Shown here in pieces: positions 1 through 12,849 of a DNA stretch of 64,000 nt. The number at the start of each line of letters is the position of its first letter. The first letter of the stretch is position 1. Source of the stretch: Dipteris shenzhenensis (Eukaryota); assembly GCA_047967505.1 (NCBI GenBank), contig CM106538.1; one strand, 5' to 3'. The position numbers were made by a program, and so were the translations under genes. The notes under the pieces are model-generated. The model made no database searches. It saw only the letters and a list, made by a program, of their open reading frames with translations, and was not told the origin of the DNA.

Positions 1-2146
1 GGATAGTATGGAATGGACATGCTATGATTTATCTTTAGCTCATGCACCACATCTTCAATTAATTCAATTCTAAAAGAGGTTCCTCCATCAGTGAGAATTT
101 CCAAAGGACAACTAAAGCATGAATAAATTTGATCAAAGAGAAATTTTGCAACTGTGCTTGCCTTGCTATTGACTATGGCCTTGGCCTCTGCCCACTGAGT
201 CATGTAATCTATGGCCACCAATAAATAATGCTTGGGAGTGGTCCCACAAAGTCCCACCCCCACCTCTCAAATGGTCCATATGCTAGAATATGCTTCAAGG
301 GCCCAGGAATCAATTGTCACCTTCCAAACTTTTGGCATACTTTACAACTTCGACACCATTCATATACATCCTTATGGAGGTATGGCTAAAAGTAACTTGC
401 ATTAAGAATTCTCCTAGCTATGCTTGCTGAAGCAATATGACCAGAGCATTCATGACACATTTCTAGGATTCTCCTAGTCTCCATGGGTTGGACCACCCCA
501 TGGAGCACCTTGTCTTTTCCCAATTTATAAAGAATGTCACACACATTTTAGGGACAAGCCTTCCTTACCAATCTCTGCTTCTATTGTGGAGTTAACCCTC
601 GAGGAAACATGCCTTCTTCCACATATTGATGAACATCTTGCAGTTCTGGCCATCCAGTGTCTACCAAAGAAACCACCCCCTGGTCTTGTACTACAATGTC
701 TTGAGTAGCTAACTCATTTGTCCTTTGATTTTCCTTTCTGTTTATATGAACAAACTTGCAAAAATCAAATTGACTACATAGTGCCATAGCCTTTTGATTA
801 AGCTCCTTCAAATGGGGACTTCTTATCTTGTAATGCCCTTGCATTTGCTTTATAATAAGTTGAGAATCTCCTCTTATTTCCAATTCTTTAACTTGACTTT
901 GAAGACAACCCTCCAAACCAAGAATCAAAGCATTATACTTAGCTGCATTGTTAGTTGTGATACTTGGAAGCTCTTGTCCTCTTGCCCACACCTCTTGACC
1001 TTCAAAATCCATCAAGACTATCCCCCCGGATCCTTGTTGGCCTGAAGGACTAAAAGCCCCATCAAAATACAAGACAAAAGCTGTTGGTGGTGTCTCCATT
1101 TCATCATTAATGTCCTCCTTATATTTATTTTCTTCTCTTAGATCCTGCCATCCTATGAGCAAATCTGCCATAGTGGACCTAGTGGTATTTTCAGTGATAA
1201 AAGAGAAAGAGAACTCTTGAAGCTCTAACAACCATTTTGCAAATCTACCCCCAGGATTCGGCTTGCGAACTAGATATGGTAATACATACTGAGAGGTAAG
1301 GAAGAGGAATGGTCGAGCTAATAAATAGGAGCGAAACTTTCTGACTAAAAACACCAAAGAGAGGGCTTATTGCTCCATTTCTTCATACCTTGTTTTCACC
1401 TCTGTAAGCTGTTAGTTGGCATAATAGATGGGTTTGCATTCTACCTGGCTCTCCTTTTTATAGTAATATAGCACCAACTGAATGCAAAGATACACTTGGA
1501 TTTACATAAAAGTCTTGAGACCAATCATAAGGCTTCAATATTGGGCCTTACTCATGGCCTCCTTAAGTTGCTAAAAAGACTCTTGTTGCTCCACATCCCA
1601 TTGGAAAGAAACTCCTTTTCTTGTCAACAAGTTCATGGGATGCAATATCTCTATGAAATTATCACAAAAGCATTGATAATACTTGCTTTTTCCTAGAATT
1701 CTGTGAACACCAGTGACACTCTCAAGACTTGGCAACGCCATGATAGCTTGAACCTTGTCAGGATCCATTTATAGCCCTTCTTTAGACCCAATATGCCCCA
1801 AAAAGACTACTTTTGTTTGAGCCAAATGGCACTTGCTAGGATTTAGACATGCTTTTGCTTCATCAAAGGACATCTTTAACTTCTCCATGTGATCTATGCA
1901 TCGAGAATAAATGCAAAAATCATCCAAAAACACCCTTATGAACTTTCCCAAGTAAGGCTCAAGCACTTGACTCATGAACCTTTGAAATGTAGCTGGTGCA
2001 TTGGTCAACCCAAAAGGCATCACTCTGTAAGAAAAAACTCCCCAGGGTGTGACAAATGATGTTTTCTTTTGATCTTCCTCCACAATACAAATTTAAAAGT
2101 ACCCAAAATACCCATCACATAGAGAATACATCTCATGCCCTGCTAC
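1..2146 (-). pseudogene. pol: Ty3/gypsy (Tat-like) pol, 3' part: RT, RNase H, additional archaeal-type RNase H, integrase; degraded
   Basis: ORFs 1769-2083 (YRVMPFGLTNAPATFQR, VFLDDF), 1571-1768 and 581-1357 (KWLLELQEF, then YFDGA...TNNAAKY...IRGDSQLII...HINRKEN = second RNase H). Integrase-like sequence on the minus strand at 1-480. Frameshifts and stops present. Confidence 0.88.
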
Positions 2147-2499
2147 TGTGAAGATAGTGGGAGAGAAGGAAAGAGTCTCACTTGCGGCTTTCTCACATAT
2201 ACCAATGGGGGAGTACACATAAAGGTGGAGGCTGAAAACAGTTTTCCTCTTCTTAGTTGTGAAAGTAAAAACAACTCTAGTACAAAGAAATAGAAGAACC
2301 CTATATGTGGGTCTCAAACCAAACTCAGCTAACTAAGGTGGCATACTAACTAAGCCACGAACTTGAGTACATAAGGATAGCTATCATCGAGCTATTATTC
2401 ATGGGCAGTGTACCAACTGCATCTGCAGCTAACAAGTCGGTGACATAAATGCACAACGGTCACCCTGGCATATCACGAGTGGAGCTCGATATCTCAACG
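2147..2499 (-). repeat. copia 3' LTR
   Basis: Near-identical to 9506-9858 and 12498-12849; purine tract on the minus strand at 2500-2510. Confidence 0.93.
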
Positions 2500-2897
2500 C
2501 TCCTCCTCGAGATCAATCCCAATACTTGCACACCAAGTAGGTCTCTGAACTTGCGTAGCTTCTCTATGCCTAATGCCTTCGTAAATATGTCAGCTACCTG
2601 ATCCTCTGTGCTAGATCAATAAGACCTAGTAAATCCTTCTCCTGCACATAGTGATAATGCACCTCGATGTGCTTTGTTCTAGCATGATAGACTGGGTTCT
2701 TTGCCAAGTGTATACTGCTCATCTTGTCACAATAAATGACAATTGGCCCATTTGTAGACTGATGCATATCATAAAGTAGCTTATGCAACCAAGCTACCTC
2801 ACATGCAGCCATTGTTGCACCCCTGTACTCAGCCTCTCTGCTCGACAAAGGCTGTTTCTTGGTGCTCCAAGTGACTACAGCACTCCCAAAAGAGAAC

Positions 2898-4018
2898 TGT
2901 TGATTCTGTGCCAACATGAACTTATGAAGAAAGAGAAGGTGATACAACTTTGTGTTACGACTTTGTGACACAACTTTGTGTTACGACTTTGTGACACAAC
3001 TTTGTGTAACAACTTTGTGTTACAACTTTGTGTTACAACTTCTACATGTAGAGAGAGAATGTGTTACAACTTTGTGTTACAACTTTGTGATACAACTTTG
3101 TGTTACAACTTTGTGATACGACTTTGTGTTACATGCAGAGAGAGAAGCTCTCCAACTTGTATAAATACCCCATAATGGAAGGAAGCCCGCACTCTTTGGG
3201 GCATTGTGTTGAGTCTACTTTGGTATTCCAAGCATTTGTCTCAAGTGTCCATGCTTCCTTGCACTGCACATCCAAAAGCATGTCCTAACCTTGCAACCCT
3301 TCTCCCCTCTCCTCCAACCCTGCAACCCACCCTCTCCCTCTCCTCCTCCCTCCTCCTCCTTCCTCCTTCTCCTCCTCCTCCCTCCTCCTCCTCCTCCTCC
3401 TCCTCCCCCCTCCTCCTCCTCCTCTCTCCTCCCCCTCCCTCCTCTTCTTCCCTCCTCCTCCTCCCTCCTCTCTCTTCTTTCACCCATGCTCTTACACCTT
3501 CTTCCTCTCCCACTCCTATGCTTTCCTAAACCCTTAAACTCCATGATCTATGAGGGAGACGAGTTCTCCACCATGTACTCTACTCTGAACCTTGGATCCT
3601 TCTTCTAACCCTGGACTCCTTCTAAACCCTGGAACCTCCTTCTGAACCCTGGAACTCTTTCTGAACCTTGGAACCTCCTTCTGAACCCTGGAACTACTCC
3701 TAAACCCTGGAACTCTTTCTAAACCGTGGAACCTCCTTCTGAACCCTTAAACTCCTCCTAAACCCTACAACCCCCAATGAAGGCGAAAGCCTTCATTACC
3801 TCAACAAGGATGGTATACGTTTCTTTTACACATGCTTGCACTTTGTTTGCTTACCACACTTAAGCCTACGTCTCTCACTAGAACATGACTCGAGGTCCTA
3901 AGCTATACATATACTACAACCGACAATCCCAATATATCTGTAGGTGACAAAAAGCCTCGGAACCCTGCAACATAGAATACCTAGCTCTTCCTACGAAAGC
4001 AGTAGGAAAGAGCCAACA
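2898..4018 (+). mobile_element. Solo LTR of the Athila-like family found at 28368-43761
   Basis: TG...CA ends, TSD AGAAC at 2893-2897 and 4019-4023; reverse complement of LTRs 28368-29531 and 42645-43761. Confidence 0.93.
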
Positions 4019-4624
4019 AGAACACATATACTGGTAGATCGTCTATCAGAAATACTACCAGCCCAATCAGCATCAATGTATCCATGCAACTGTATCTGAA
4101 CCCCAGTCTCATAAAATAGTTCATATTGCAATGTGGACTTCACATACCTGAGTATGTGTCTAGCCGCATCCAAATGTGATTTCCTTGGAGGTTGCATAAA
4201 CTGACTTACCAATCCAAGGCTCAAAAGAAGTGGGTTCTGGTTCCTGTATCACTTTGACCATATAGGCATAGTAAATGGCTATAAATCCATCATATTTCAG
4301 CCTATCCACAGGATACCTAGATCTGGTAGATGTGCACAAAATAGGCTCACTTCCAGGTGCTCTCAAAACATCCCTGGTCTTCCTTACTCTAGGTGTAACA
4401 ATAGAAGGAATACCCAACTCATCATCAATGCTCTGTTCTGAGCCACTAGATTCACCATCCACAAAAGGGTGACCTGCATTCACATCAAACGTGGGCTGAT
4501 CTACCTTCTCTTTTCCTTTTCGGGATACCTGCATACAACTATCTGCATTGCTTTGAGGAGATTCTCTTGATCTCAATCTACCTGTCCATGGCGAAGTATG
4601 TGAACCATTGCTAGAGGACACTGT

Positions 4625-7270
4625 TGTTGGAATACTGAAAAGAAAGAGTAGAGTGGACACAAACTCAGAATACTTGCTTATAGAATGAAGAAGAAAGAGG
4701 TCCTTAAGTAGGCACCTCATACAAGGTCACTGACATCACTGATGACCTCAGAGCTCCACAATCATCTCCTCAATCTGCTCCTAGATTCACTCAATCATCC
4801 TATGTGGCTTTTCCACCACCTAACTGTGCTTGTGGGCACCTAACTGTGCCTCTAGCACTCACACATAGAAACATAAGGTGTGCCTGAGGCATACACCTTG
4901 AGATATCCCAACAAACCCCCCCTCAAGGAAATGCCTCAGGCTATGTCAAGGATACATCTAGTCTCATAGTTTCTCATGCCATCTCATGGTGGTCAAGGAT
5001 AAATCTATGGCTAGGTTCTCATGCTAGCAAGGGTTCCCTTGGGTGTAAGGTAAACAAAAAGGGATACAAACAGACCTTCCAATGGTTATCTCCCCTACAT
5101 GTACATGCACACAATGTCTGTAGGAGGTACCATGGAACAAACATACACATGGCCTACATCATAAGGTGACCAGAGGTGTTTACAAAACACACAAAACACA
5201 ACACACAATAATTTATTTTCATTCATTTTGGAGGACTATCCGGGCTGAGTACCTTGACATAAAAAGAGAGATCTGGAGCATACATAGAGATGATTTAAAA
5301 TGCATAATCTTCATGGGATGCCTCATCTGGTGGAGGCAAATTCACTGTAAGTAGATTTGCATTTTCTGTCTTTGCTTTGTCTCTGCAAAACTTCTCACTA
5401 TGGTTGTTTTTGCCACAATGCTTGCATGGATTAACTTTGAAGCAGTCCTTTGAAAGGTGATTTGTCTTTCCACAGTGATTGCAAGGAAAATACTTGCCCT
5501 TCTGGAATTTCATAACATAAGCAGTGTCATTGCCTTTCCTTAACTCCATATGTCTTTCTTCTTCTTGGAGAGCTGAGATAATGCCTTCAAGGTTTGGATT
5601 GGGAAGATTCTTCAAAGTGCTTACAATGTGATCAAAGCTTTCAGGCATACTCTTAAGTAGTACTGCCATAGCATCATCAGGGGTGATAGGAGAGTTGATA
5701 GAAGCTAACTGAGTCATAAGACTCCGCATATAGTTGACATGGGCAGCTAAAGTAGTATCACTTGCCATCTTTAATTCAAAGAAAGAGATTTTAAGTGATA
5801 GTTTAGAAATATGAGAGCTTGCACCAAAAATCAAATCTAGCTTCTGCCATGCTTCCGATGGAGACTCCAAGTCAGATATATGATGTATGTAATCATCACC
5901 CAAAGCTAAAGCAATTATACCATATGCTTTTTCTTCTCTTGTTGGATCCCTTGCCGGTCGTGTCGGAGCTGAAGATTCCCAAGCATTTGAGGCCGTAGAA
6001 GAAGCGGTAGGAGTAGATTTGACAAGTCCCCATAAGTTCTCCCGCATTAATGCAAATTTTACCTTCATTTGCCATGTATGGAACCCCTTTCCATTGAACT
6101 TCTCAAGATTATATATGGTAGCCATGAGAGGGTCTCACCCAGATATTGGGCAGTGTCTATCTCTCTTACAAGGCAAAAATAACTGAAAGACTTCCAAAAT
6201 ATGAGCACTTAATGTAGCAAATAGTAGTGACTAGATTTCAAACAATGATGCTTCTTCTTACATGCTTCATAGAAGTGGATGAAATAAACATTTTCCAATC
6301 AAAACCAGGTCTAGCAAGTCAAAACAAAACTGAATCCACACTTGTACTGAAGTTATTGAAAGCTTCAAAAAACCAGAAATGCTAGAGTAGCATTTTATGT
6401 AGCATCATCTTCAAAAACTTGTCCAAAACTGTCAAAACTGAAAAGCTGAACTTGGAGGGCTTGTAGCTCACTCTTCAAAGCAAGGAAAAGAGGGCTTTCT
6501 GAAGCAAAAGAAAGCTCATATACCAGAGAAGGTCCAGCACAGAGGTTGGACAAAATGGTGCGCACTTTTGCCCGGGAGAGTTGCTACAGGCTGAAACTGA
6601 GTTTTGACGATTTCTCCCTCGTTACTGAACCAAATGACCTGAAAATGGCTCAAAATCTTTGTCTTGAGGTCGCCCATCTACTCCTAAGAGTGCTCAGGCA
6701 ATGGCAGAGTATGCAGGGAGTATTGAGCAACAGAAGAAATTCGCTGTTTGGAGAATGGCAGCCACCACAGACGTTTTTTCTTCAATTGCTTGCAGGTGGA
6801 AGTTTGCCCATACTAGAGGAGTTTCCAGCTCAGAGGGTTTGGGCAATGGCTGTTTGTAGATGGAGAACCAAGCTCTCAAAGATTTTGGGAAGAAAGAGGA
6901 AAATGGAGAAGAAGAAGATGAAGAAGAAGATGATGATGTGGCAGAAATGGGCTCAAGGGGGATCAAAGGGCTCTGATACCATGTTGGAATACTGAAAAGA
7001 AAGAGTAGAGTGGACACAAACTCAGAATACTTGCTTATAGAATGAAGAAGAAAGAGGTCCTTAAGTAGGCACCTCATACAAGGTCACTGACATCACTGAT
7101 GACCTCAGAGCTCCACAATCATCTCCTCAATCTGCTCCTAGATTCACTCAATCATCCTATGTGGCTTTTCCACCACCTAACTGTGCTTGTGGGCACCTAA
7201 CTGTGCCTCTAGCACTCACACATAGAAACATAAGGTGTGCCTGAGGCATACACCTTGAGATATCCCAACA
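4625..7270 (-). mobile_element. Gag-only non-autonomous LTR retrotransposon (TR-GAG-like), intact (element C)
   Basis: 289-bp LTRs 4625-4913 and 6982-7270, identical by eye; TSD ACTGT at 4620-4624 and 7271-7275; PBS 6970-6981; PPT 4914-4928; one gag ORF and no pol. Confidence 0.93.
5295..6125 (-). CDS. gag: Copia-type Gag, 276 aa, two CCHC zinc knuckles
   Basis: EKFNGKGFHTWQMKV N-terminus, UBN2-like core (LLKSMPESF), CNHCGKTNHLSKDC and CKHCGKNNHSEKFC; uninterrupted. Confidence 0.88.
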   Translation of the reverse strand: MATIYNLEKFNGKGFHTWQMKVKFALMRENLWGLVKSTPTASSTASNAWESSAPTRPARDPTREEKAYGIIALALGDDYIHHISDLESPSEAWQKLDLIFGASSHISKLSLKISFFELKMASDTTLAAHVNYMRSLMTQLASINSPITPDDAMAVLLKSMPESFDHIVSTLKNLPNPNLEGIISALQEEERHMELRKGNDTAYVMKFQKGKYFPCNHCGKTNHLSKDCFKVNPCKHCGKNNHSEKFCRDKAKTENANLLTVNLPPPDEASHEDYAF

Positions 7271-7275
7271 ACTGT

Positions 7276-8960
7276 AGGTCCACTAATATTTTGTGATTGC
7301 TGCTGTGAATTCTGTGCAACATTACCATTTTGTGCATCTACATCATCAATCACATTTATTGGTTTATACCAGATGCTCATCTCATCAAAAACAACATCTC
7401 TGCTCACTGTAAACTTACGAGTAGAAGGGTTATAGCATCTATACCCTTTCTACTGTAGAGAATAACCAATAAAGATGCACTTCTTAGCTTTTGGATCCAA
7501 CTTGGACCTCAACTCATCTGGCACATGAACATAGGCAATGCAACCAAAAATTTTCAAATGAGAAATATATGGTTTCCTACCAGTATACATCTCCTCTAGC
7601 GTCATGCCATGTATTGCTACAGTGGGAGTCCTATTCATTATGTAAACTGCTGGAGCAACTGCTTCAGCCCAATAATAATCTAGTAGGTCTTTTTTATTTA
7701 GCATGGCCCGAGATACCTCTCCAATATGCCTGTTTTTCCTTTCTATAAGTCCATTTTGCTATGGGGTATGAATGCATGAATATTGCTGCTTTATGCCATG
7801 CTCCTGCAGGAACCTTGCAAACTCATTTGAGAGGTACTCTCCCCCTCCATCTGACCTTAGGCATTTTATTTGCATGCCTATTTCTTTTTCAACCATAGCT
7901 TTAAAAGCTTTGAAATGCCCAAACACATCACTTTTCTTTTTCATAAAGTACACCCAAACTTTTCTGCTATAGTCATCAATAAAAGTGACAAAATAATGAC
8001 AGCCTCCAATAGATGCATCTTTAGTAGTCCACACATCGGAGTGGATTAATTCCAATGGCTTCTTACTTTCTTGAACATGTCTAGGAAATAGTTTCCTTGC
8101 CTGTTTTCCAAATTGATATGCTTCACATATCTTATGCATTTCTACAACCTTGAATTTAGGCAATCCTGCAACAATATTTTGGGCTTGCATTGATTTAAGT
8201 CACTGTATAAGTCGCTGTACATTAACATGACCAATGAATTTATGCCAGATATCAATATCTGAAACTACACCAGTCCCAGGTGCAAACATTGCTGCACTCA
8301 ATTCAGTCATGTCCACATCCAACGTAAACATCCTGCCCTTCTTCTTTCCTTTTGCTATCAAGCGACCATTATTTTTCATATCCTCAACACAGCATCCATG
8401 AGGATTAAATCTGACCTGCAAGCCTTGCTCAACCATTTGACCAACAGAAACCAGGTTCTTGGTGATATTTGGGACATGAAATACATCAAACAGGTATTTC
8501 TTTTTCCCATCGTGCATAGACCCAATGGAAGCAAGTGCACTGCAATTTTCTTCACCTTCATGTGGTAGTCATTGATACTCATATTTTCTCTCTGCACATT
8601 GTGCAACTCCTGCTTGAGCTGCATTTTCCTGGCTTGCATATTTGTGCTGTACATCTTTGCCAAAGTATCCCATGCCTCCTTTGGCATACTTGCATCTTGA
8701 ATATGCACAATCATAGAATCTGAAATACTGATAGACAGCCAGTACATAACTTTTCTGGCTCTCTCATGCCATTCTTTAAATGCATGCATTTCCTGTTGAT
8801 TGGGAACATTAGGAAGAACTGGTTCTTCTTCATTTCCTGTAATGAACTCCCAATAGCCTTTTCCCATAAGGAAATTTGTCATTCTAAACTTCCATGCTTA
8901 GAAGTTATTCTTGTCAAGCTTTTCGGTGACAATCTGTGAAAGAGAATCAGACGCCATTAT
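7276..8960 (-). pseudogene. copia element B gag / GAG-pre-integrase / integrase, degraded
   Basis: ORFs 8376-8882 (UBN2-like gag), 8200-8517, 7759-8190 (LIHSDVW, FIDDYSR, LRSDGGGEY), 7450-7704. Confidence 0.88.
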
Positions 8961-9505
8961 AGAACACTACAGAAATATTCTGTGACTGCAAAAAACACAG
9001 CTTCTGCCTCACAAGGGAAAATCTGCAAAACTAATAAAAGTGGTATTTGACCACGCAGTCACTTCCTAGTGATGATTTTGCATCAACAGGCAATAAGGAT
9101 GATTCTGTAACTCCCAATATCTCTGCGCACAGGCATATGATGCAATTTCTGTGGCAACTTTTCACCGACCTACAGAGCAGTGGTCGCATAGCAAAAACAG
9201 GGCCTTTTTCTCAGTGCTTGCGGAGAACTTCTGCCTCCAAAACGGTGGGCCCTAAAATGGCCTCAAATCAAAATAATAAAGTCCCCGAGGGCTTTTCCCT
9301 CGCCCACAACATATATTGCCCTCTCGCCACACCGCGAAGGGTGTCTCAATCTGAGACAATGCACTCTTGCACTTTTCGGCTGTGCTACCAGTAGAGATTT
9401 GCTCCCAAACTCGAAAAAGGAAAGCAACACTGGTCCTCTTACCAAGACCCCACGAACTTGGTTTGTTTTCTTGAGCTCCTTACCATGAACTAGGCTCTGA
9501 TACCA

Positions 9506-9858
9506 TGTGAAGATAGTGGGAGAGAAGGAAGGAGTCTTGCTTGCAGCTTTCTCACATACACAATGGGGGAATACACACAAAGGTGGAGGCTGAAAAATAG
9601 TTTTTCTCTTCTTAGTGTGAAAGCCAAAAGAACTCTAGTACAAAGAAATAGAAGAACCCTATATGTGGGTCTCAAACCAAACTCAGCTAACTAAGGTGGC
9701 ATACTAACTAAGCCACAAACTAGAGTACATAAGGATAGCTTTCATTCAGCTATTATTCATGGGCGGTGTACCAACCGCATCTGCAGCTAACAAGTCGGTG
9801 ACATAAATGCACAACGTTCACCCTGGCATATCACGAGTGGGAGCTCAATATCTCAACA
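9506..9858 (-). repeat. copia internal 5'-type LTR (inner element B)
   Basis: TG...CA ends; PBS at 9494-9505; interrupts the integrase of element A at CLRSDGG. Confidence 0.93.
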
Positions 9859-11960
9859 ATCTCGCCCTCCATCTGACCTTAGGCATTTTATTTGCAGGCC
9901 TGTTTCTTTTTCAAACATAGCTTTAAAAGCTTTGAAATGCCCAAACACTTCACTTTTCTTTTTCATAAAGTACACCCAAACTTTTCTGTTATAGTCATCA
10001 ATAAAAGTGACAAAATAATGACAGCCTCCAATAGATGCAGCTTTAGTAGTCCACACATCAGAGTGGATTAATTCCAATGGCTTCTTACTTTCTTGAACAT
10101 GTCTAGGAAATAGTTTCCTTGCCTATTTTCCAAATTGATAGGCTTCACATATCTTATGCATTTCTGCAACCTTGAATTTAGGCAATCCTGCAACAATATT
10201 TTGGGCGTGCATTGATTTAAGTCACTATATAAGTCATTGTACATTAACATGACCAATGCATTTATGCCAGATATCAATATCTGCAACTACACCAGTCCCA
10301 TGTGCAAACATTGTTGCACTCAATTCAGGCATGTCCACATCCAACGTAAACATCCTGCCCTTCTTCTTTCCTTTTGCTATCAAGCGACCGTTATTTTTCA
10401 TATCCTCAACAAAGCATCCATGAGGATTAAATATGACCTGCAAGCCCTGCTAAACCATTTGACCAACAGAAACTAGGTTCTTGGTGATATTCGGGACATG
10501 AAATACATCAGACAGGTATTTCTTTTTTCCATCCTCATAGACAAAGGAATTTTACCAATCTGCACAATAGGATGTGCAGTATCATCACCAGTCTCGACAA
10601 ACCCTGGTCTTTCCATTTTCCTTGCATCCTGCATCCATTCTGCATGACCTGTCATGTGATTTGATGCACCTCAGTCAACATACCGCACATCATTGCTTTC
10701 TTCTACTCTTGTCATAGAAATGGTCATGTGCTGCACCATAAATAGATGCTCATTTCTGTCATCACCCTATCTACTAGAAGATGCATAATTCCCTTGCTGC
10801 AATTTTTCATTCATGATGTCATTTTGCTTTTTGTAGCAGTCTTTAGCCATATGACCCATTTTACCACAGTAGTAGCATTCAACATTGTTGTTTGCATTTT
10901 GGCCTCTCTGCTTTCCACCACGACCTCTTTGGCTCCCCTTGCCTCTAGAGTTACCACGTCCTCCTCCATAGGACTGGTTTTCTTGAGTTTGCTGCATATT
11001 CTGATTTCTACCATAGACTCTAGTAGATCCCGATCTTGCTCTACCTCTGCCTCTACCTCTTCCAGCATTTGATAGTTTCTTTTGAAGTTCCTCCTGAAGA
11101 AGATGCACCACCATTTCTCTGGTCTTTAGAAATTAGAAGAGCAAACAACTCCTCAAAATCAAAAAAATTTTCATGGACGGCAATGGATGTCCGGAACTAT
11201 GCATAATCCTTTCCTAGACCATTCAAGGTCATAGAAACTAAATCATCATCTTCCACTGGCGACCCAATGGAAGCAAGTGCATCTGCAATTTTCTTCACCT
11301 TCATGTGGTAGTCATTGATGCTCATATTTTCTCTTTGCACATTGTGCAACTTCTACTTGAGCTGCATTTTCCTGGCTTGCGTATTTGTGCTGTACATTTT
11401 TGCCAAAGTATCCCATGCCTCCTTTGGCATACTTGCATCTTGAATATGCACAATCATAGAATCTGAAATACTGATAGACAGCTAGTACATAACTTTTCTG
11501 GCTCTCTCATGCCATCCTTTAAATGCCTACATTTCTTGTTGATTGGGAACATTAGGAAGAACTGTTTCTTCTTCATTTCCTGTAATGAACTCCCAGTAGC
11601 CTTTTCCCATAAGGAAATTCATCATTCTAAACTTCCATGCCTGGAAGTTGTTCTTGTCAAGCTTTTCAATGACAATCTGTGAAAGAGAATCCTTGGGGGG
11701 GTCACTATGTATAAATCATCTCTATCACATGCGTTCAAGGCCTATTTCTAAAATCCCTTATCTGTAAATGTTTCATAAATAAAATGTACCCCTTCTCTAT
11801 ACAAATTTGTAAAAAATTTCCAAAACTATTTTAAATAGTCCGTTATGTATATTTACTTTTATAAATTTTAGAAATAAAAAATATCCTTCTGTTGAACTCA
11901 CGTGATAGGGTTACATATGATGAGTGACCCCCCCCGAGAGAGAATCAAACGCCATTACAG
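9859..11960 (-). pseudogene. copia element A gag / protease / integrase N-part, degraded
   Basis: 10767-11114 (CYYCGKMGHMAKDC), protease remnant near 10650-10690, integrase start 9853-10077; gag interrupted by a MITE. Confidence 0.88.
11692..11938. mobile_element. MITE, 247 bp, 8-bp TSD
   Basis: TSD AGAGAATC at 11684-11691 and 11939-11946; termini CTT(G7)TCACT and CTC(G8)TCACT; absent from the paralogous site in element B (near 8941). Confidence 0.9.
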
Positions 11961-12497
11961 AACACTACAAAATATTCTGCCACTGCAAAAACATAGCTTT
12001 TGCCTCACAAGGGCAAATCTGCAAAACTGAGAAAGTGGTATTTGACCACACTGTCACTTCCTAGTGACGATTTTGCAAGAACAGCAATAAGGATGATTCT
12101 ATAACTCCTAATATCTCTGTGCATAAGCATACGATGCAATTTCAGCAGCAACTTTTCACCGACCTATAGAGTAGTGGTTGCATAGCAAAAACAGGGCCTT
12201 TTTCTCAGTGCTTGCGGAGAACTTCTGCCTCCAAAATGGGCCTCGAAATGGCCTCGAATCAGAAAAATAAAGTCACCGAGGGCTTCCCCCCCCTCCCGTA
12301 GCATATATTGCCCTCTCGCCACATCGCAAAGGGCATCTCAATCTGAGACAATGCACTCTTGCACTTTCCGACTGTGCTACCAGTAGAGATTTGCTCCCAA
12401 ACTCGTAAAAGGAAAGCAACACTGGTCCTCTTACTAGGACACCGTGAACTTGGTTTGCTTTCTTGAGCTCCTTACCACGAACCAAGCTCTGATACCA

Positions 12498-12849
12498 TGT
12501 GAAGATAGTGGGAGAGAAGGAAAGAGTCTCACTTGCGCCTTTCTCACATACACAATGGGGGAGTACACACAAAGGTGGAGGCTGAAGATAATTTTCCTCT
12601 TCTTAGTTGTGAAAGCCAAAAGAACTCTAGTACAGAGAAATAGGAGAACCCTATATGTGGGTTTCAAACCAAACTCAGCTAACTAAGGTGGCATACTAAC
12701 TGAGCCACGAACTAGAGTACATAAGGATAGCTATCATCCAGCTATTATTCATGGGTGGTGTACCAACTGCATGTGTAGCTAACAAGTCGGTGACATAAAT
12801 GCACAACGGTCACCCTAGCATATCACAAGTGGAGCTCGATATCTCAATA
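12498..12849 (-). repeat. copia 5' LTR (outer element A)
   Basis: PBS TGGTATCAGAGCTTGG at 12482-12497 (minus); flanked by TSD GCTAC. Confidence 0.93.

Larger units (their letters stand above)
2147..12849 (-). mobile_element. Ty1/copia complex with three LTRs (two same-family elements fused), degraded
   Basis: TSD GCTAC at 2142-2146 and 12850-12854. Three ~353-bp LTRs. Two PBS (TGGTATCAGAGC, tRNA-iMet type) and a PPT next to 2500. Two gag-to-integrase sets; RNase H ORF 2594-2971 (EAEY, IYCD, HARTKHIEVHYH). Confidence 0.92.

Noticed and set aside
3206-3608. Poly-Pro/Ser/Glu ORFs, also at 28736-29140 and 43075-43383
   Set aside because: Translations of the (CCT)n microsatellite inside the LTRs.
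3770-3810. Hammerhead ribozyme (retrozyme) in the LTR
   Set aside because: A GAAA hairpin is present but no CUGANGA core is correctly placed.
6546-7077. Leader ORFs of the gag-only element
   Set aside because: They run into LTR/PBS sequence and frames are not conserved in copies E and F.
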